A stretch of 64,000 nt of DNA, taken from positions 118 through 64,117 of the forward strand of contig JAPOHH010000002.1 in assembly GCA_029979505.1 (NCBI GenBank), given 5' to 3'. This stretch comes from a bacterium. GTDB taxonomy: Bacteria; Pseudomonadota; Gammaproteobacteria; GCA-002705445; GCA-002716945. Shown piece by piece: positions 18,935 to 30,408 of the stretch. Under the pieces are notes generated by a model. The model made no database searches and was not told the origin of the DNA. It saw only the letters and a program-made list of their open reading frames with translations. The stretch's first letter is position 1, and every line of letters begins with the position of its first letter. Both the position numbers and the translations under genes were made by a program.

Positions 18935-19043
18935 AGCACCACCGCTAATGTTGGTCTCACCTCGTTGGCATTCGGACTGTTGTTCACCGTTGCGGGGGCA
19001 GTGTCAGATTATGTATTCACTGACTTTCCCAACCTCGTGAGAG
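18935..19043 (-). ncRNA. Cobalamin riboswitch (short variant)
   Basis: Minus strand GGGAAAGTCAGTG...AATCTGACACTGCCCCCGCAACGGT...AGTCCGAATGCC; closing helix TCTCAC/GTGAGA; downstream TAGC-GGTGGT-GCTA hairpin. Confidence 0.9.
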
Positions 19044-19814
19044 TTAATTTTTTACACCAATACCTTTATTGAGTAAATATATAGCTAAAGAATACAATAC
19101 AAATATTAAAATGAACATCATTAATATGGCGGTATATGTATTCATCTCTTCAACACCAATGAATGCATATCTATAAGCGCTTACCATATAAGCTATCGGA
19201 TTAAACATAGATACTGTTTGCCATACCTCGGGGAGATTGTATATGGAGTAAAATGTTCCCCCCAAATAAGTGAGTGGTGTAAGAACAAATGTAGGAATTA
19301 TATTTATATCATCAAAACTTTTAGCATATACAGCATTTATAAATCCTAAAATTGAAAATAAGAAACTTATCAATAGAGTAAGAAATAATGCTAGCGTGAT
19401 GTTATGTATAGGAATATTTGTAAAACTTAAAGAAACGATATACACAACAAAACCAACAACAAATGCTCTAGATACCCCTCCCAAGACATATCCAATTAAA
19501 ATGACATGACTAGATAGTGGTGAGACAAACAATTCTTCGATACTTTTTTGGAATCTTCCACTATAGAATGAACCTACTACATTCATATAAGAATTTGAAA
19601 TTATAGGCATAATTATTAAACCTGGTATTATAAAATGTATATAAGGTAGGCCGCCAATTTCCCCTATACGTTCTCCAATAAAATTTCCAAATATAGTAAT
19701 GTACAAAAATATTGTTATCACCGACGGCAGTATCGTTTGTATCCAGATCCTTGACCATCGAGCAAACTCTTTTTTAAAAATAGTAAAAAGCTGTATTAGG
19801 TATAAATTTTTCAT
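19044..19814 (-). CDS. yadH: ABC-2 type permease (YadH-like)
   Basis: RIWIQTILP, YIHFIIPGLI, LTPLTYLGGTFYSI. Confidence 0.85.
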   Translation of the reverse strand: MKNLYLIQLFTIFKKEFARWSRIWIQTILPSVITIFLYITIFGNFIGERIGEIGGLPYIHFIIPGLIIMPIISNSYMNVVGSFYSGRFQKSIEELFVSPLSSHVILIGYVLGGVSRAFVVGFVVYIVSLSFTNIPIHNITLALFLTLLISFLFSILGFINAVYAKSFDDINIIPTFVLTPLTYLGGTFYSIYNLPEVWQTVSMFNPIAYMVSAYRYAFIGVEEMNTYTAILMMFILIFVLYSLAIYLLNKGIGVKN

Positions 19815-20725
19815 TTAGTTTGAGTAAGTTCAATAAAAAGCTCTTCAAGCTTATTTCTTTTGCTTAAAATATCAACAACATTAATATTATTGTCTTTAAA
19901 TTTATTGATAATTTCTGTTATAGATATTTTATTATCGACAGTTAATTCACATGTTTTGTCATCGATGATATGAATATTCTTTTCAAATATATTTTTATCA
20001 ATAATACTTGAGTCGGCTCTTATAATGTAAGTGTGCTTTCTAGTTGATGATATTACATCTGCCATTGGGGAACTTTTTACGACTTCACCATGATGAATAA
20101 TCGCAAGATTCTTGCACAATCTTTCGGCTTCCTCTAGATAATGCGTTGTCAAAATTATCGTTACGCCATCATTATTTATTTTTTTGAAAAAGTCCCACAT
20201 TGTTAATCGTAACTCAGTATCAACACCGGCAGTAGGTTCATCTAAAATGAGTAGTTTAGGGTTATGAATTAGAGCTCTAGCAATCATAAGTCTTCTTTTC
20301 ATGCCACCTGAAAGTTCCCTTGGTGTAGATTCTCTTTTATGCCATATACCCAAGTCTTCAAATAACTGTTGCGTCTTAGTTAATGACTGTTTTTTAGATA
20401 ATCCAAAATATCCACCAATATTAATCATCGTTTCAATTATTGGTATAAATTGATTTAAATTGTATTCTTGCGGGACTACTCCAATCATGTGTTTCGTGAA
20501 CTCCGGATATTTAGCTATATCTTTTCCATAAACTTTGACAGTTCCAGATGTGATATTCACTAGAGTGGTAATTATACCTATGACAGTCGATTTCCCAGCT
20601 CCATTGGGGCCAAGAAAGGCAAATATATCACCATCTTCAACATTTAAATTGATATTTTTCAGGGCTGTCACACCATTTCTATATGTTTTATTAAGTTGGT
20701 TTATTTCTAGTGCGTATTTAGTCAT
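19811..20725 (-). CDS. yadG: ABC transporter ATP-binding protein (YadG-like)
   Basis: GPNGAGKST, LSGGMKRRLMIARAL, DEPTAGVD. Confidence 0.85.
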   Translation of the reverse strand: MTKYALEINQLNKTYRNGVTALKNINLNVEDGDIFAFLGPNGAGKSTVIGIITTLVNITSGTVKVYGKDIAKYPEFTKHMIGVVPQEYNLNQFIPIIETMINIGGYFGLSKKQSLTKTQQLFEDLGIWHKRESTPRELSGGMKRRLMIARALIHNPKLLILDEPTAGVDTELRLTMWDFFKKINNDGVTIILTTHYLEEAERLCKNLAIIHHGEVVKSSPMADVISSTRKHTYIIRADSSIIDKNIFEKNIHIIDDKTCELTVDNKISITEIINKFKDNNINVVDILSKRNKLEELFIELTQTK

Positions 20726-20840
20726 TTATTTAAGCTTATGTGTTTTGCATATTGCAAAATTATAATATATACTTCTCCAAAACTTATCGAGTTATAGCGA
20801 ATATACAGGGGTATATCAAGTCAAAATTTGAAATAGATTT

Positions 20841-21782
20841 ATGAGTCATACATCATACAAAAGCGCAAAAACCAGACTACAAAGAAGCGAATTAGCAGTT
20901 CCAGGATCGTCACCTAAAATGTTCGAAAAAGCGCTAAACTCTAGCGCTGATTATATATTTTTAGATCTTGAAGACGCTGTATCACCAAATGACAAAATTT
21001 CAGCACGAGAAAATGTAATTAAAGCTCTTAAAGAACTTGATTGGAGAGGCCATGGTAAAACCATATCTGTTCGCATAAACGGTTTAGATACTCATTATAT
21101 GTATAGAGATGTAGTGGAACTAATGATGCAAGCCGGAGAGTATATAGATACTTTGTTGATACCAAAAGTTGGAGTAAGAGATGATGTATATATGGTTGAT
21201 TGCATGGTAACTCAGATAGAACAAGAAAGAGAGTTAAAAAATAAGGTAGGACTAGAATGTTTGATAGAAAGTGCATTAGGCATGGTTAACATTGAAGAAA
21301 TAGCTCAATCATCAGATAGATTAGAAGCATTACATTTTGGAGTTGCTGACTTTGCAGCAAGTCTTCGTGCCAGAACAGTTGTTATAGGTGGCCTAAATCC
21401 AGATTATCCTGGAGATCAGTGGCACCATGGTTTATCTAAGTTAGTTGCTACATGTAGAGCATTTGGTTTGAGACCTATAGATGGACCGTTCGGTGATATT
21501 CAAGATCCTGATGGTTACGTTAAAGCTGCAAAACGTGGAGCTGCAATTGGGATTGAGGGTAAATGGGCAATTCACCCATCACAAATCGAACATGCAAATG
21601 ATGTTTTCTCACCACCAGCATCTGAAGTAGATAAAGCAAAAAGGATTATAGAAGAACTTGCTAAAGCCGCTGCAGAGGGTAGAGGAGCAGCTCAGCTAGA
21701 TGGCAGGATGATTGATGCTGCATCTGAGCGTATGGCTGAAAATATCGTTAATATAGATAATCTAATCCAATCTAAAAAATAA
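20841..21782 (+). CDS. mcl: Malyl-CoA / beta-methylmalyl-CoA lyase
   Basis: RLQRSELAVPGS, FLDLEDAV, THYMYRDVV, GKWAIHPSQI; adjacent to malate thiokinase genes. Confidence 0.88.
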   Translation: MSHTSYKSAKTRLQRSELAVPGSSPKMFEKALNSSADYIFLDLEDAVSPNDKISARENVIKALKELDWRGHGKTISVRINGLDTHYMYRDVVELMMQAGEYIDTLLIPKVGVRDDVYMVDCMVTQIEQERELKNKVGLECLIESALGMVNIEEIAQSSDRLEALHFGVADFAASLRARTVVIGGLNPDYPGDQWHHGLSKLVATCRAFGLRPIDGPFGDIQDPDGYVKAAKRGAAIGIEGKWAIHPSQIEHANDVFSPPASEVDKAKRIIEELAKAAAEGRGAAQLDGRMIDAASERMAENIVNIDNLIQSKK

Positions 21783-21784
21783 TA

Positions 21785-22960
21785 ATGAATATACACGAGT
21801 ACCAAGCAAAAGAGATTTTATCAAAATTTAATGTACCTATCCCAAAAGGGCTTGTAGCAGATAGTCCAGAAGCTGCTAAAAGTAACGCCAAAGAATTAGG
21901 CGGTAATCTATGGGTTGTAAAAGCTCAAATACATTCAGGCGCTAGAGGAAAGGCAGGTGGTATTATTGTTTGTAAAAATGAAGATGATGTCTCAGATGCT
22001 ACAAACAAGCTTCTCGGAAAAACTTTAGTAACACATCAAACAGGCCCAGAAGGCAAAACAGTTCATAAGGTATACATAGAAGAGGGAACAGATATAAAAA
22101 AGGAATTCTACTTGGGGTTAGTCTTTGATAGAAGTTCTGAAAGTATAATGGTTATAGCTTCATCTGAGGGTGGCATGAGCATAGAAGAAATTGCTCAAGA
22201 AAAACCAGAATCTATTGTAAAAACAAAAGTTGAAGCTGCTGTAGGACTTCAAGCTTTTCAAGCAAGAGAAATTGCTTTTGGTTTAGGTTTAGATGGTAAA
22301 GCTGTTGGTAGATGCGCACAGGCTATACTGGGCACATATGAAGCTTTTTGCTCATCAGAGTCAACTATGGCTGAAATCAATCCCTTAGTCCTTACAGGAG
22401 ATGATAAAATTCTTGCTCTAGATTGTAAAATGACTATTGATGATAATGCATTATTCAGAAAATCTAATCTTCTAGAATTAAAAGATGAAACTCAAGAAGA
22501 TCCAAAAGAAACATATGCGGCAGAGCAAGGTTTAAACTATATTCCACTCGATGGTGATATAGGTAACATTATAAATGGAGCTGGGTTAGCTATGGCTTCT
22601 ATGGATATGATACAACTTGCTGGCGGCCAACCTGCTAATTTTTTAGATGTAGGTGGAGGAGCTACTCCTGAAAAATTTGTTAAAGCTTTTAAATTAATAT
22701 CAGGTGATTCAAATGTTAAAGTTATATTAATCAACATATTTGCTGGGATTAATCGTTGTGATTGGGTAGCACAAGGTATTGTGGATGCTCTTGCACAAAT
22801 AAATATTGAACAACCTCTTGTTATAAGACTTGCAGGAACTAATGTTGATGAAGGAATAAAAATTCTGAAAGATAGTAAAATAGAATACATAGAAGCATCA
22901 ACACTTGAAGATGCCGCTAATAAGGCAGTAAAAGCTCAAAAAGATTTGGAGAGTAAGTAA
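21785..22960 (+). CDS. mtkA: Malate-CoA ligase beta subunit (SucC family)
   Basis: NIHEYQAK, GARGKAGG, NIFAGINRCDWVA variant typical of MtkA; follows mcl. Confidence 0.82.
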   Translation: MNIHEYQAKEILSKFNVPIPKGLVADSPEAAKSNAKELGGNLWVVKAQIHSGARGKAGGIIVCKNEDDVSDATNKLLGKTLVTHQTGPEGKTVHKVYIEEGTDIKKEFYLGLVFDRSSESIMVIASSEGGMSIEEIAQEKPESIVKTKVEAAVGLQAFQAREIAFGLGLDGKAVGRCAQAILGTYEAFCSSESTMAEINPLVLTGDDKILALDCKMTIDDNALFRKSNLLELKDETQEDPKETYAAEQGLNYIPLDGDIGNIINGAGLAMASMDMIQLAGGQPANFLDVGGGATPEKFVKAFKLISGDSNVKVILINIFAGINRCDWVAQGIVDALAQINIEQPLVIRLAGTNVDEGIKILKDSKIEYIEASTLEDAANKAVKAQKDLESK

Positions 22961-23854
22961 ATGGCAATTCTTATTACTAAAGAATCTAAAATAATTATTC
23001 AGGGGTTTACTGGTAAAATTGGTACATTCCATGCTGAAGAAATGATGGAGTATGGTACTAATGTTGTAGGTGGTGTTACACCAGGAAAGGGTGGACAAAA
23101 ACATCTAGAAAGACCTGTATTTAATACAGTTAGAGAAGCTGTTGAAGAAACAGGTGCTGATGCAAGTATTCTTTTTGTACCACCAGCTTTCGCTGCAGAT
23201 TCAGCCATGGAGGCTGCAGATGCTGGTATCAAAACACTTGTTGCTATAACAGATGGGATTCCTGCACATGACATGATTAGAGTAAAAAGATACCTAAAAA
23301 GATATGAACCTGAAGATAGGATGACAATGGTTGGTCCAAATTGCGCGGGTGTAATCAGCCCAGGAAAATGCATGCTTGGTATCATGCCGGGCCATATTTA
23401 CAAAGAGGGTAATGTAGGTGTAATTGGACGTTCAGGTACACTCGGATATGAAGCTGCTCAACAAATGAAAGACTTAGGTATTGGTATATCAACGAGTGTT
23501 GGAATCGGTGGAGACCCTATTAATGGTAGTGCCTTTAAAGATCATTTAGCTAAATTCGAAAAAGATGATGAAACAAAAGTTATTCTCATGATTGGTGAAA
23601 TTGGTGGTCCACAAGAAGCAGAAGCAGCAGAGTATGCTAAAGCGAATGTCTCAAAACCAGTTGTCGCATATATTGCTGGACTAACTGCACCTAAGGGTAA
23701 ACGAATGGGGCATGCAGGAGCTATAGTTAGTGCTGGTGGTGAATCTGCTGCAGAAAAAGTTGAAATACTTAAAGCTGCGGGTATCACTATAGCTAAGAAT
23801 CCATCAGTAATTGGTGAGACTATTGCATCCGTAATTAAAAGCATTAATGGCTAA
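22961..23854 (+). CDS. mtkB: Malate-CoA ligase alpha subunit (SucD family)
   Basis: QGFTGKIGTFH, ITDGIPAHDM, RMGHAGA phospho-His. Confidence 0.82.
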   Translation: MAILITKESKIIIQGFTGKIGTFHAEEMMEYGTNVVGGVTPGKGGQKHLERPVFNTVREAVEETGADASILFVPPAFAADSAMEAADAGIKTLVAITDGIPAHDMIRVKRYLKRYEPEDRMTMVGPNCAGVISPGKCMLGIMPGHIYKEGNVGVIGRSGTLGYEAAQQMKDLGIGISTSVGIGGDPINGSAFKDHLAKFEKDDETKVILMIGEIGGPQEAEAAEYAKANVSKPVVAYIAGLTAPKGKRMGHAGAIVSAGGESAAEKVEILKAAGITIAKNPSVIGETIASVIKSING

Positions 23855-24644
23855 AAACGTACTGCCGCTGATTGATATTGGCGCAAATCTCTTAGACAAA
23901 AAGTTATTTCAAAACATAGATACAATCATTCAAAATTGTAAATCTAATAATATAGAAAAAATTATTATTACCTCCTCTCATATCAACGATACTAGAGAGG
24001 CAATAGAATTCATGCAAAAAGAGCCGGACATGTTTTTTACAACAGTAGGCTTTCATCCTCATAATGCGAAAGATTACGAAGATCAATATTATGATGAAAT
24101 GAATAATTTGTGTAAATTTCCTCAAGTAAAAGCAATTGGGGAGTGCGGGTTAGATTACCGAAGAAATTACTCTAATCCTGTAGATCAGATATATTGTTTC
24201 AGAAAGCATTTGGATCTCGCATGTATGAATAATCTTCCTATGTTCTTACATGAAAGAGAGGCGCATGATGACTTTTTAATGCTTCTTAAAGAATATATTC
24301 ATAAAATTGAGAATGTAGTAGTGCATTGTTTTACTGGGACTAAAAAAGATTTAAAAAATTATCTCGATTTAGGATGTTATATCGGAATCACAGGATGGAT
24401 AACTGATCCGAAGAGAGGTATGCATCTACACGATATTATCAAATATATACCAGCTGATAAACTTATGATAGAGACAGATTCTCCTTATTTGCTGCCATTC
24501 AATTATCCTATTAAGAATAAAAAATATAATGAACCTTGTAATTTAATATATATTCTAGATGCAATATCTCAAATATTGAAAAAAGATAAGACAGTTCTTG
24601 CTAATGAGATATATACTAATACAGATAATTTTTTTAATTTGTGA
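23847..24644 (+). CDS. tatD: TatD family DNase
   Basis: [33 protein letters not shown]. Confidence 0.92.
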   Translation: MAKNVLPLIDIGANLLDKKLFQNIDTIIQNCKSNNIEKIIITSSHINDTREAIEFMQKEPDMFFTTVGFHPHNAKDYEDQYYDEMNNLCKFPQVKAIGECGLDYRRNYSNPVDQIYCFRKHLDLACMNNLPMFLHEREAHDDFLMLLKEYIHKIENVVVHCFTGTKKDLKNYLDLGCYIGITGWITDPKRGMHLHDIIKYIPADKLMIETDSPYLLPFNYPIKNKKYNEPCNLIYILDAISQILKKDKTVLANEIYTNTDNFFNL

Positions 24645-24646
24645 TT

Positions 24647-25306
24647 ATGAATAGTCTTGTATTACCCAATGGACATACCAAGCTCCTTTTGCACAGTTGT
24701 TGCGCTCCATGCTCTGGTGACATAATGTTAAGATTGAAAGAGTCAAATATCGACTATACGATATATTTTTATAATCCTAATATCCATCCTAAGAAAGAAT
24801 ATTTACTAAGAAAACAGGAAAATTTAGATCTTGCAAAAAAACACAACATACCATTTATAGATGATGATTATGATACACGCAACTGGTTTGATTTAGTAAA
24901 AGGTCAAGAGTGGGAGCCAGAAAGAGGGAAAAGATGTACCACGTGTTTTGATATGAGATTTTACAAAACTGCGCAGTATGCAGAAACCCATGGCTTTACT
25001 TTGATTTCGAGTACACTAGGTATATCAAGATGGAAAAATATGAATCAAATAAATGAATCAGGACAAAGGGCTGCTTCAAGTTTTAAAAATATCGATTATT
25101 GGACTTTTAATTGGCGTAAGAATAAAGGCTCTGAAAATATGATTAATGTGTCAAAAAAAGAAGAATTTTATATGCAAGAATATTGTGGTTGCATTTATTC
25201 TCTAAGAGATACAAATATCTGGAGGAATAAAAATAATCGTCCAGATGTAGAAATTGGTATTAAGTTTTATTCTGAATTAAACAAGGATGCCAGAAACCGA
25301 AAGTAG
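24647..25306 (+). CDS. queH: Epoxyqueuosine reductase, cobalamin-independent
   Basis: [33 protein letters not shown]. Confidence 0.92.
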   Translation: MNSLVLPNGHTKLLLHSCCAPCSGDIMLRLKESNIDYTIYFYNPNIHPKKEYLLRKQENLDLAKKHNIPFIDDDYDTRNWFDLVKGQEWEPERGKRCTTCFDMRFYKTAQYAETHGFTLISSTLGISRWKNMNQINESGQRAASSFKNIDYWTFNWRKNKGSENMINVSKKEEFYMQEYCGCIYSLRDTNIWRNKNNRPDVEIGIKFYSELNKDARNRK

Positions 25307-26131
25307 AGTTATAATGCTTACCCAAGCTATTAATGTTCTTGCTAAGATATTTTGAATTTGTATTATCTGTTCAGATTCCTTTAATTCACTATCATAAACT
25401 GAATCACCTGTTTGATTAATGAATTCTACATTACTTAAATAACTATTATTTGATAGTTTCAAGTTATTAATTCTATCGATGACTTTATCATAATTGCTTA
25501 TTACTGAAAATGTATAGGAAGTTAATCTAACTGGAATATAATCGATGAAATACATATATTCTCTCAAATCTTGTCTAGTCTTTGCAGGAAGTTTGAATTT
25601 CTCTGAATAAATCATTGTATTTAAAATAGTGTAGGTAAGAACAGCTGCAGGGCCAATTAATAAAAAATAAAATAATATACCAAAGGTATTAGCAATAGAA
25701 TTAAAAAATAAATTTTGAATTATTAGACTATTTAAGTTTGATTTTATACGAGTCTGTTTTAGATTTGGGCATAATCTATATAATAAGCTTTTATCAACAT
25801 CACTATTATTAAATTCTAGTTTAATTTTAAGCTCTTCCATATCTCTATTATATTGATTTGTCCTTAGACAGTATAAAACTATCATTAATGTAACAATAAA
25901 AAATATAATCAAAGATATTGACTTAATTAATGTCATTATAATCATACTAATTAGTAGAAAGAGAATTAAAAATGCAATATATGTATTCTTTTTAATAAGT
26001 GAAATATTATTCAATTTATTTTGGAACAAGCTAAAAATATCATTTATAATAATAGCGCTTCTAAAGTTCTTTATATCATCATAAAAATATTCTATCGTTA
26101 GTGCTAAAATAATTATTGATAATGTAAACAT
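25277..26131 (-). CDS. ampE: AmpE-like membrane protein
   Basis: Multi-[20 protein letters not shown]; abuts ampD. Confidence 0.65.
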   Translation of the reverse strand: MFTLSIIILALTIEYFYDDIKNFRSAIIINDIFSLFQNKLNNISLIKKNTYIAFLILFLLISMIIMTLIKSISLIIFFIVTLMIVLYCLRTNQYNRDMEELKIKLEFNNSDVDKSLLYRLCPNLKQTRIKSNLNSLIIQNLFFNSIANTFGILFYFLLIGPAAVLTYTILNTMIYSEKFKLPAKTRQDLREYMYFIDYIPVRLTSYTFSVISNYDKVIDRINNLKLSNNSYLSNVEFINQTGDSVYDSELKESEQIIQIQNILARTLIAWVSIITLLSVSGILV

Positions 26132-26659
26132 TTATTTAATTTTTTCCCATAAAAAGTATTTACCTGGATCCATTTTTCGTCCTGGAGCTATATCGCTATG
26201 TCCAAGTATATTACTATCCTGTATCGATGGAAATAATTTCTTTATAGCATCAATAGTGTTCTTAAGTGTGAAATATTGTTTATCAGTATAGCAATCATTT
26301 ACAGAACCTTCCATTTCTATCCCTATTGAGAAATCATTAAAATTTTCTCTATTCATATATTTTGATTTCCCTGCATGCCAAGCTTTTTTATCTAAAGGCA
26401 CAAACTGAATCAAATCACCATGCCTTCTTATAAATAAATGAGAGGAAACCCTTATATTTTTTAGCTCTTTAAAAGAATTATGCAAATTAATATCAAGCGT
26501 ATTTGTAAATAAATTAATGACATTATCATTATCATATTCATTCTCTGGAAGACTTATACAATGTATGATGATGCTATCCACCACTGTATTATTAGGCCTA
26601 TCCTCACAATTACATGATTCAATATATTTTGAATTATCTAGGATAAATTTATTCTTCAT
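26132..26659 (-). CDS. ampD: 1,6-anhydro-N-acetylmuramyl-L-alanine amidase
   Basis: IHCISLP, RVSSH, AWHAG, GHSDIAPGRKMDPG. Confidence 0.94.
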   Translation of the reverse strand: MKNKFILDNSKYIESCNCEDRPNNTVVDSIIIHCISLPENEYDNDNVINLFTNTLDINLHNSFKELKNIRVSSHLFIRRHGDLIQFVPLDKKAWHAGKSKYMNRENFNDFSIGIEMEGSVNDCYTDKQYFTLKNTIDAIKKLFPSIQDSNILGHSDIAPGRKMDPGKYFLWEKIK

Positions 26660-26708
26660 TTCAACATCACCATCGAAGTTATGTTATTATTTAAGTCTCT
26701 TAAATATT

Positions 26709-27761
26709 ATGACAAACTTTCTAGTTGATTCAGATAAAAAATTATCAATTCTTTCATCTAAGTTGCATGATATCACTGAAATTGGCCTTGATACTGAATT
26801 TATCAGAGAGTCAACGTATAGACCAATACTTGCACTAATACAAATTTCCTTACCTAATGGTGAAATTTACCTTATAGATCCACAATCCATTAATCGAAGA
26901 GAATTGATAGTTGATATTATAAACAATAACAATCTATTAAAAATTATTCATTCATCTAAACAAGACATAGAGGCATTATATAGCTATACAGAAACATATC
27001 CATTGAATATATTTGATACACAAATTGCTTCAAATTTTTTGTATGAAAAATCTAATGTAGGGTATTCGTCGCTTGTAAAAACGATTTGTAATTGTGATAT
27101 AAAAGAGGGTTCTTGGAGAACTAACTGGCTAGAGAGACCTTTAAGTGATAAAAAACTTAATTATGCAGCAGATGATGTAAAGTATCTTATTTATATAAAA
27201 AAATTTCTTATGAGAGAACTAGAAAAACTAGATAGAGTTTCATGGTTTAATGAAGAGCAAGAACATGAACTTAAAAAATCAAATATAATTCTAAATGCAG
27301 CTGATGCATGGGAGAAAATTAATTATCCATTATACTTTTCTGACTATGATCTCAAAATGTTAAAAGATATTGCATATTGGAGAGAGGAATTAGCAATTAA
27401 ATATAATATTCCAAAAAGATGGATATTAAGTGATTCATTAGTAATAAAAGTCATGATGGCTAATCCAAAAAAAACTAATGATATTTTAGCTAATATTAAA
27501 CAAAGTATTTCAGATAGTGAAATTGGAGCTATTAAAAATATTCTTAAAAACAAGGCTCAGTCCAAAAATAAAAATATTTCTCCAAATAAAAATCTTGAAA
27601 ATAAATTTACTGAAATTCTTAATTCTGTTTCAGATGAATTTAAAATTGATTCTACTATAATAGCAAATAAAAGAGATTTAGAGTTCTTTTCTCATTTTCA
27701 TGATAAAGCAAGATTCATGAAAGGATGGAGATATAAAATATTTGGTAAACTGGTACAATAA
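26709..27761 (+). CDS. rnd: Ribonuclease D
   Basis: [35 protein letters not shown] region; start moved to ATG 26709 to avoid ampD overlap. Confidence 0.9.
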   Translation: MTNFLVDSDKKLSILSSKLHDITEIGLDTEFIRESTYRPILALIQISLPNGEIYLIDPQSINRRELIVDIINNNNLLKIIHSSKQDIEALYSYTETYPLNIFDTQIASNFLYEKSNVGYSSLVKTICNCDIKEGSWRTNWLERPLSDKKLNYAADDVKYLIYIKKFLMRELEKLDRVSWFNEEQEHELKKSNIILNAADAWEKINYPLYFSDYDLKMLKDIAYWREELAIKYNIPKRWILSDSLVIKVMMANPKKTNDILANIKQSISDSEIGAIKNILKNKAQSKNKNISPNKNLENKFTEILNSVSDEFKIDSTIIANKRDLEFFSHFHDKARFMKGWRYKIFGKLVQ

Positions 27762-27765
27762 TATT

Positions 27766-29430
27766 ATGAGAAAATATTCATCAAAATTAGTAGATGGCAA
27801 AGATAGAGCACCAAGCAGATCAATGCTCAGAGCGGTAGGTTTTGATGATAATGACTTTAAGAAACCACAAATAGGTATTGCCTCAACATGGAGCATGGTA
27901 ACACCATGTAATATGCACATAAATGATTTGGCGAAAGTTGCGAGTTCTACTATTGATAAAAATGGTGGAAAAGCAGTTAACTTTAATACAATTACTGTAT
28001 CAGATGGAATATCTATGGGATCTGACGGGATGAGGTATTCTTTGGTTTCAAGAGAAATCATTGCTGACTCGATAGAGGCAGTAGTTGGCGGAGAGGGTCT
28101 TGATGGATTTATTAGTTTTGGGGGATGTGATAAGAATATGCCTGCATGTGTAATGGCTATGCTTAGATTAAATCGTCCTTCTGTATTTGTTTATGGAGGC
28201 ACAATACTTCCTGGTGTTCATCAAAATAAAAAAATTGATATTGTTTCTGTATTTGAAGCTGTAGGTAAAAATGCAAATGGTGAAATAAATGATAGAGAAC
28301 TAATGCAAATCGAAAAAAAAGCTATTCCTGGTCCTGGTTCTTGTGGAGGTATGTATACTGCAAATACAATGGCATGTGCAATTGAGGCTATGGGATTATC
28401 TTTACCTAATAGTTCTGCACAAACAGCTATTTCAAAATCTAAATCAGTTGATACAAAAAATGCATCAATAGCACTGATGGATTGCATAAGAAAAGATTTA
28501 AAACCAAGGGATATAGTAACTAAAAAATCTTTAGAAAATGCTATTACAATAGTTATGGCGCTTGGAGGATCTACTAATGCAGTTTTACATCTTCTAGCCA
28601 TTGCAAACGAAGCAAAAATAAAGCTCTCGCTTAAAGATTTTGAAAGGATAGGTAAAAAGACACCAGTCGTAGCCGATTTAAAACCTAGTGGACGCTATTC
28701 AATGGCTGATTTAGTAAGCATAGGTGGTGTTGCCCCTCTAATGAAAATGTTAATTAGTGAGAAGCTCATGGATGGAAGCTGTCTTACAGTTACAGGTAAT
28801 TCACTGTCGAAAAATTTAATGCAAATAAAACCATACTCAAAAAATCAAAAAATAATAATGCCTTTGAAATCACCTATAAAAAAAGATGGCCATTTGATTA
28901 TTCTTAGGGGCAATATTGCTCCTGATGGGGCAGTAGCAAAGATTTCAGGTAAAGAGGGTACATATTTTAAAGGCAAGGCAAAAGTATTTAATTCTGAGGA
29001 GCAGTGTCTTAAGAGTATCCTGAGTGGTAAAATTTCTAAAGGCACTGTAATCGTTATAAAAAATGAAGGACCTGTGGGTGGTCCAGGGATGAGAGAAATG
29101 TTGTCACCAACATCTGCCATAATGGGACAAGGTTTAGGTGATCACGTTGCACTCATCACAGACGGAAGATTTTCTGGAGGTAGTCATGGCTTTGTGGTAG
29201 GGCATATTGCTCCTGAAGCTGCTGTCGGTGGTCCACTATCAATGATAAAAAATGGTGATAGTATTGAAATATGTGCCATAAAAAAAGAAATAAACCTTCT
29301 TGTAAGTAATAAAGAAATATTATCTAGAAGAAAAAAAATGAAAATATCTACAGGTCAAACTCATAATGGTGCTCTTACAAAATATGCTAAGTTAGTCAGT
29401 CAAGCAGATACAGGAGCAACAACTACTTAA
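27766..29430 (+). CDS. ilvD: Dihydroxy-acid dehydratase
   Basis: [37 protein letters not shown]. Confidence 0.96.
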   Translation: MRKYSSKLVDGKDRAPSRSMLRAVGFDDNDFKKPQIGIASTWSMVTPCNMHINDLAKVASSTIDKNGGKAVNFNTITVSDGISMGSDGMRYSLVSREIIADSIEAVVGGEGLDGFISFGGCDKNMPACVMAMLRLNRPSVFVYGGTILPGVHQNKKIDIVSVFEAVGKNANGEINDRELMQIEKKAIPGPGSCGGMYTANTMACAIEAMGLSLPNSSAQTAISKSKSVDTKNASIALMDCIRKDLKPRDIVTKKSLENAITIVMALGGSTNAVLHLLAIANEAKIKLSLKDFERIGKKTPVVADLKPSGRYSMADLVSIGGVAPLMKMLISEKLMDGSCLTVTGNSLSKNLMQIKPYSKNQKIIMPLKSPIKKDGHLIILRGNIAPDGAVAKISGKEGTYFKGKAKVFNSEEQCLKSILSGKISKGTVIVIKNEGPVGGPGMREMLSPTSAIMGQGLGDHVALITDGRFSGGSHGFVVGHIAPEAAVGGPLSMIKNGDSIEICAIKKEINLLVSNKEILSRRKKMKISTGQTHNGALTKYAKLVSQADTGATTT

Positions 29431-30032
29431 TCTAATACATTGAGTTCTTGAGGATAAATTCTTTTCACAATATGTAGAATTTTCTCTAATCTCTCCAGAG
29501 GTTCATGAGTTGATATTAAATCAGCTTTATCACTTATTTCAATTGGCAGACATTCAATAAGGCGAAATCCAATCCAATTTGCATCATTATATTTAGATTT
29601 ATTATGAAATATGTAAGCTTTGATTTCTGGATAAATCTTTCTATAAAATTTGGATAATATTTGATATTTCTGTGGTATCAAATAGTCAATTCCAAGATCA
29701 ACTTCTTTTGCATCACCTTTTAATAAATTTGACTCATCAAGTTTATAATTATTTAAAGATACAATTTTCTTACCTTCTACTGTAATACCCAATAAACCAC
29801 CATCGAGCTGTGACCAATCAACTATTTCTACATAACACCCATACTCGTGTACTGAAGAGATATATTCTGCATCTTGTTTTGTTAAAGCAATTACAAAACC
29901 TAAATTAGTTTTAAGACATTCTTTGATCATATCTAAATATCTTCTTTCAAATATTCTAAGTGGAAATTGACCACCTGGTAATATTATGCTTTTAAGTGGA
30001 AAGATAGCTATATTTGAATAATTATTCATCAT
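29427..30032 (-). CDS. LON peptidase substrate-binding domain protein
   Basis: [22 protein letters not shown]. Confidence 0.85.
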   Translation of the reverse strand: MMNNYSNIAIFPLKSIILPGGQFPLRIFERRYLDMIKECLKTNLGFVIALTKQDAEYISSVHEYGCYVEIVDWSQLDGGLLGITVEGKKIVSLNNYKLDESNLLKGDAKEVDLGIDYLIPQKYQILSKFYRKIYPEIKAYIFHNKSKYNDANWIGFRLIECLPIEISDKADLISTHEPLERLEKILHIVKRIYPQELNVLD

Positions 30033-30408
30033 TAAACCTCAATGATGCTGAATTGATACAATATCTCTTATAGGTTGGTTTTGGCCCATCATCAAACACA
30101 TGTCCAAGATGTGCACCACATTTATTACATGTAACTTCTGTTCTAGACATACCATGAGAGTTATCCATAATAAGTTTTAAATTTTCTATATCTATAATAT
30201 CAAAAAAACTTGGCCAACCTGAGTAAGATTCATACTTGTGTTTAGATGAAAATAAATCAGTATTACAACAAATACATTTGTAAGTACCTATTTTTTTGTT
30301 ATTTAAATATTTACCTGAAAAAGGTGCTTCAGTAGCTTTATTTTGTGTTACAGAAAACTCTTCATCGCTCAACATCTCTCTAAGCTTATTTTTATCCATG
30401 TAGTTCAT
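30022..30408 (-). CDS. msrB: Methionine-R-sulfoxide reductase
   Basis: SGWPSF, HLGHVFDDGP, RYCINS. Confidence 0.95.
   Translation of the reverse strand: MNYMDKNKLREMLSDEEFSVTQNKATEAPFSGKYLNNKKIGTYKCICCNTDLFSSKHKYESYSGWPSFFDIIDIENLKLIMDNSHGMSRTEVTCNKCGAHLGHVFDDGPKPTYKRYCINSASLRFNDE

Noticed and set aside
21785..23854. Ordinary sucCD annotation
   Set aside because: mcl adjacency, MtkA-type motif and no sucAB nearby favour malate thiokinase
26517..26708. N-terminal extension of rnd
   Set aside because: Overlaps ampD on the opposite strand; RNase D motifs start after ATG 26709
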